Below, in pieces: positions 61,409 through 64,000 of a DNA stretch of 64,000 nucleotides. The notes below the pieces were generated by a model. It did no database searches and was not told the origin of the DNA. It saw nothing but the letters and a program-made list of their open reading frames with translations. Source of the stretch: Alphaproteobacteria bacterium (GTDB taxonomy: Bacteria > Pseudomonadota > Alphaproteobacteria > GCA-2746255); the NCBI GenBank assembly GCA_965249135.1, contig OZ252220.1, positions 1,280,001-1,344,000 of the forward strand, given 5' to 3'. The position numbers and the translations under genes were made by a program. Positions within the stretch are counted from its first letter, which is position 1; every line of letters begins with the position of its first letter.

Positions 61409-61975
61409 TTAAGCTTTGCCCTTGGCCCAGCCGGCCGTTAATTCATGTGTCCGGTCCTGGTACCAGTCCGGCTTCGCATCGGAAAGTGGCCGCTCGACAA
61501 AATCCCGGTAGAAACGGTCGAGATCGGGCAGCATCTCGAAGACGATCGGGTAGCCCGGCGGCACGACCTCGACCGCAAGCTGCGCCGCGCAGCCCGGGCA
61601 ATAGAATTCACGAATAACGACCCACTCCGGATCGGGACACGCTTGGGAGGGGTAGTAGATCTCCTCGATCTCCTCCGGCGTCTCGCGCAGGCGAATAAGG
61701 GCGCTTAGTTTCCAATTCGCCCGGTAGTCGCCGAATTCCTGGCCGCAGTCGCATTTCACGACGCGATCGCCGTTTTCCTTACGCACGATGTAAAGATGAT
61801 CGGCAATCCGAAGAAGAATCGTATCGTCCCACGGCATGCGTTCCTGCAGGGCTTCGAGATAGGTCCAGAACCGTTCCGGGTCCTTTTGATCCATCTTGAG
61901 GAGCGAACGCGCGTCCTCGCGGCTGATCGTGCCTTCGATGAGCTGTTCGACGAGCCCTTTGTCCACCTTCGCCAT
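61409..61975 (-). CDS. Acetone carboxylase gamma subunit (AcxC)-like protein
   Basis: KCDCGQEFGDYRANWK, IREFYCPGC, VPPGYP Zn-binding motifs. Confidence 0.88.
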   Translation of the reverse strand: MAKVDKGLVEQLIEGTISREDARSLLKMDQKDPERFWTYLEALQERMPWDDTILLRIADHLYIVRKENGDRVVKCDCGQEFGDYRANWKLSALIRLRETPEEIEEIYYPSQACPDPEWVVIREFYCPGCAAQLAVEVVPPGYPIVFEMLPDLDRFYRDFVERPLSDAKPDWYQDRTHELTAGWAKGKA

Positions 61976-61985
61976 GGGTCTGCTC

Positions 61986-63998
61986 CTAAACCGCGAAGTC
62001 GGAATCGAGGGACCAGAAGCCGCGGAATTCGCGATCGAACTTCGCGAAACTCATCGAGCCGCGGTACATGTCCGCGACCGCCTGGCTGAAATCACGGTCC
62101 AGCACCTTGCGGCGCTCGTCCCGCCACCATTCGGAAACCGGGCGCGCCTTGGCAAGCCGCTGCGCGCGGATCGCGGTGCGCTTTTCCTTCGTCGCCGCCT
62201 CGTCGAGCGTCCACGTGCCGTCGTCGCCCTGGCTCGCGACGATGCCATAGACGCGGGCCGCGTGCGCGTAAGGCACCCAGCTCATGTCGAGGTCCTCGAG
62301 GATGAGCTTCGTGTCCCGCTCGATCGGGTCGCCCCAACCGCCCGACGCACCGGCCGCGTTGGCCCACAAATCGTTGTGCCGCATCTCGAGTTCCGGCGGG
62401 TCGTAGTTCCAGACTTTCAGGTCGTCGACCTTGAGCGTGCCGTCCGCGGCCTGCTCGATCAACTCAAGGGCGTTGCGCGGCGTCTCGCCGCTGTCTTGAA
62501 TGATCGTGTCAATATTCGTGCCCTGAGCCGTAACGGTGAAGGCGTTCGGCGGCGGGTAGCCGCCGCTCATGCCGATGCCGAGGAAGGTCGTGATCGCGGT
62601 GCCGCCGCCGCTGTGACTGACGCCCAGGCGCTGGCCAGGCTCGACCATCCAATGGACGGAGGACTGACCGAGGCCGCCGCGATACTTCCCATGGCCACAG
62701 AAGCCCGGCAGCAGCGACCGGCCAAAGTAGAAGAAGGGCGGGATCAGATATTCGAATTCCTCGGCATTGCCGACATTCGAGAGCTGCGTCCACTCGGCCC
62801 AGCACATGGGCTCGCCGTCGCGGTAGCAGTAGGCGCCCTGGGAGACGCCGCCGACCCATTCGAAATTCGTGAAGCCGTAAGGCGTGCCGTCCTCGAGCAC
62901 GCCGGAGCCCTGCACGCCCTCCCAGTCGCCGTCCGTCGTGAAGGCCTCTTCCATGTAGCCGCGGGCAAACATGGCGCGGTTCATCGCGTTGAAGGCGAGG
63001 CTGTTCATCATGACGGATTGTGCCCAGATGACGGCGCTGCTGGCGAATTCGTTGTCCGGGTTGTAGAGGCAGCCTTTCGGATACTTGCTCTCGACGGCAA
63101 GGTTGATCGCCGCCGTCACCTTCGTGTTGTGGGAGAAGGTGTTCACCATGCTGAGATAAAGCGCGCAATCGGCGCCGCCCGGAAAGCCGTTGAAGGCGTG
63201 ATAGCCCCAGCGCGACGTGCCCTCCATGTCGACGACGACGCGGCCGCGATCGTCGATATCCAGGCTCTGGCGCACATGGAGCAGATGGTCCCGATCGGCG
63301 TGCGGCCAGATCTGTTGCATGCCTTTGTATTTCGCGATCCGGAAGGCACAGCCATTCTGCGTACCGGGAATCATGAGGGAATGGATGTTGTCCATGATCC
63401 GCTGGCGGCTTTCTTCGATGATTTCGCGAATCGCGCGGCGATAGTAATCGTAGCCGAACTCATCGATGATTTCGTGGATGGCCTTGTGAACCATCGCGCA
63501 GCCGGCAAGACGCATCTTGTCGTCGAGGATGTTGAGCGCCGCCGCCCGCGTGCGCCGTTTCCAAAGCGAATTCCACCAGGTCGCCTGACGAAGATTCTCG
63601 CCCGTCTTCATCGGTGGGAAGACGAACCCGTCCATGAAGGTGTCGACGCAGAAGCTTGGCCAGCTGCCGGCGACCGGCGCGCCGGCCTCCATGATGTGGT
63701 TGAGGCCGACCGCCCAGCCGACGACTTCGCCCTCGACGACGATCGGCACGTAACAATAGGTGTCGCCCGGATGGGGAGCGCCGCCCGTCAGGCCGTCATC
63801 CGTCATGAAGACGTCGCCGTCATTGATGCCGGGATTGTCCTCGTAGCCTTCTTCGATCATGTAGCGCACGGCCACCGGCATCGCCGCGCAATGGGAGAAG
63901 AAGCCGAGCGAGAGGGCCAGCGAATCGCCTTCCGGCGTCGTCAGCGCCCAGAGCGATTCGCCCATCTCGCGGCCGCCGGGGCTGGCGGCGACGTAACG
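61986..63998 (-). CDS. Hydantoinase B/oxoprolinase family protein, acetone carboxylase alpha subunit (AcxB)-like (5' end outside window)
   Basis: NPGINDGDVF, HPGD, NHIME, GHGKYRGG, GGWGDPIERD; frame open to the window edge (RYVAASPGGREMGE). Confidence 0.87.
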   Translation of the reverse strand, partial: RYVAASPGGREMGESLWALTTPEGDSLALSLGFFSHCAAMPVAVRYMIEEGYEDNPGINDGDVFMTDDGLTGGAPHPGDTYCYVPIVVEGEVVGWAVGLNHIMEAGAPVAGSWPSFCVDTFMDGFVFPPMKTGENLRQATWWNSLWKRRTRAAALNILDDKMRLAGCAMVHKAIHEIIDEFGYDYYRRAIREIIEESRQRIMDNIHSLMIPGTQNGCAFRIAKYKGMQQIWPHADRDHLLHVRQSLDIDDRGRVVVDMEGTSRWGYHAFNGFPGGADCALYLSMVNTFSHNTKVTAAINLAVESKYPKGCLYNPDNEFASSAVIWAQSVMMNSLAFNAMNRAMFARGYMEEAFTTDGDWEGVQGSGVLEDGTPYGFTNFEWVGGVSQGAYCYRDGEPMCWAEWTQLSNVGNAEEFEYLIPPFFYFGRSLLPGFCGHGKYRGGLGQSSVHWMVEPGQRLGVSHSGGGTAITTFLGIGMSGGYPPPNAFTVTAQGTNIDTIIQDSGETPRNALELIEQAADGTLKVDDLKVWNYDPPELEMRHNDLWANAAGASGGWGDPIERDTKLILEDLDMSWVPYAHAARVYGIVASQGDDGTWTLDEAATKEKRTAIRAQRLAKARPVSEWWRDERRKVLDRDFSQAVADMYRGSMSFAKFDREFRGFWSLDSDFAV

Positions 63999-64000
63999 GG

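Overview
High-GC alphaproteobacterial chromosome segment. The assignment is inferred from ccrM, the GTTC-N7-GTTC LexA box, the CtrA box, the split gcvPA/gcvPB and the atpI-B-E-b'-b and cox gene orders. Most of the window is conserved core genome: ispE, ETF-QO, UDG, SLT, moaB, rnhB, ccrM, mutY, DUF721, DsbA, smc, the F0 ATP synthase operon, the glycine cleavage system, thrB, rnhA, thrC, the aa3 cytochrome c oxidase operon, tldD, gshA, rsmE and ubiA. The right end holds acyl-CoA catabolic genes and an acetone-carboxylase-like cluster. Five features stand out. (1) A complete 2.5-kb IS1595-family element (24-bp TIRs, 8-bp TSD) carries an apparently co-transcribed methyltransferase + PD-(D/E)xK nuclease pair and sits at the terminator of tRNA-Gln. 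(2) Three tandem genes, one an unannotated 56-aa ORF, each start with the same PodJ-type N-terminal motif and together rebuild a split PodJ architecture; the third gene has an in-frame TAG. (3) An AT-rich promoter with DnaA, CtrA and GANTC motifs precedes an orphan REC-HPt gene next to ccrM. (4) There are two dense GANTC clusters. (5) A perfect 22-bp operator precedes a RipB-like hydratase/acyl-CoA dehydrogenase/CoA-transferase/GntR operon. All family assignments come from motif recognition by eye; no database searches were run.
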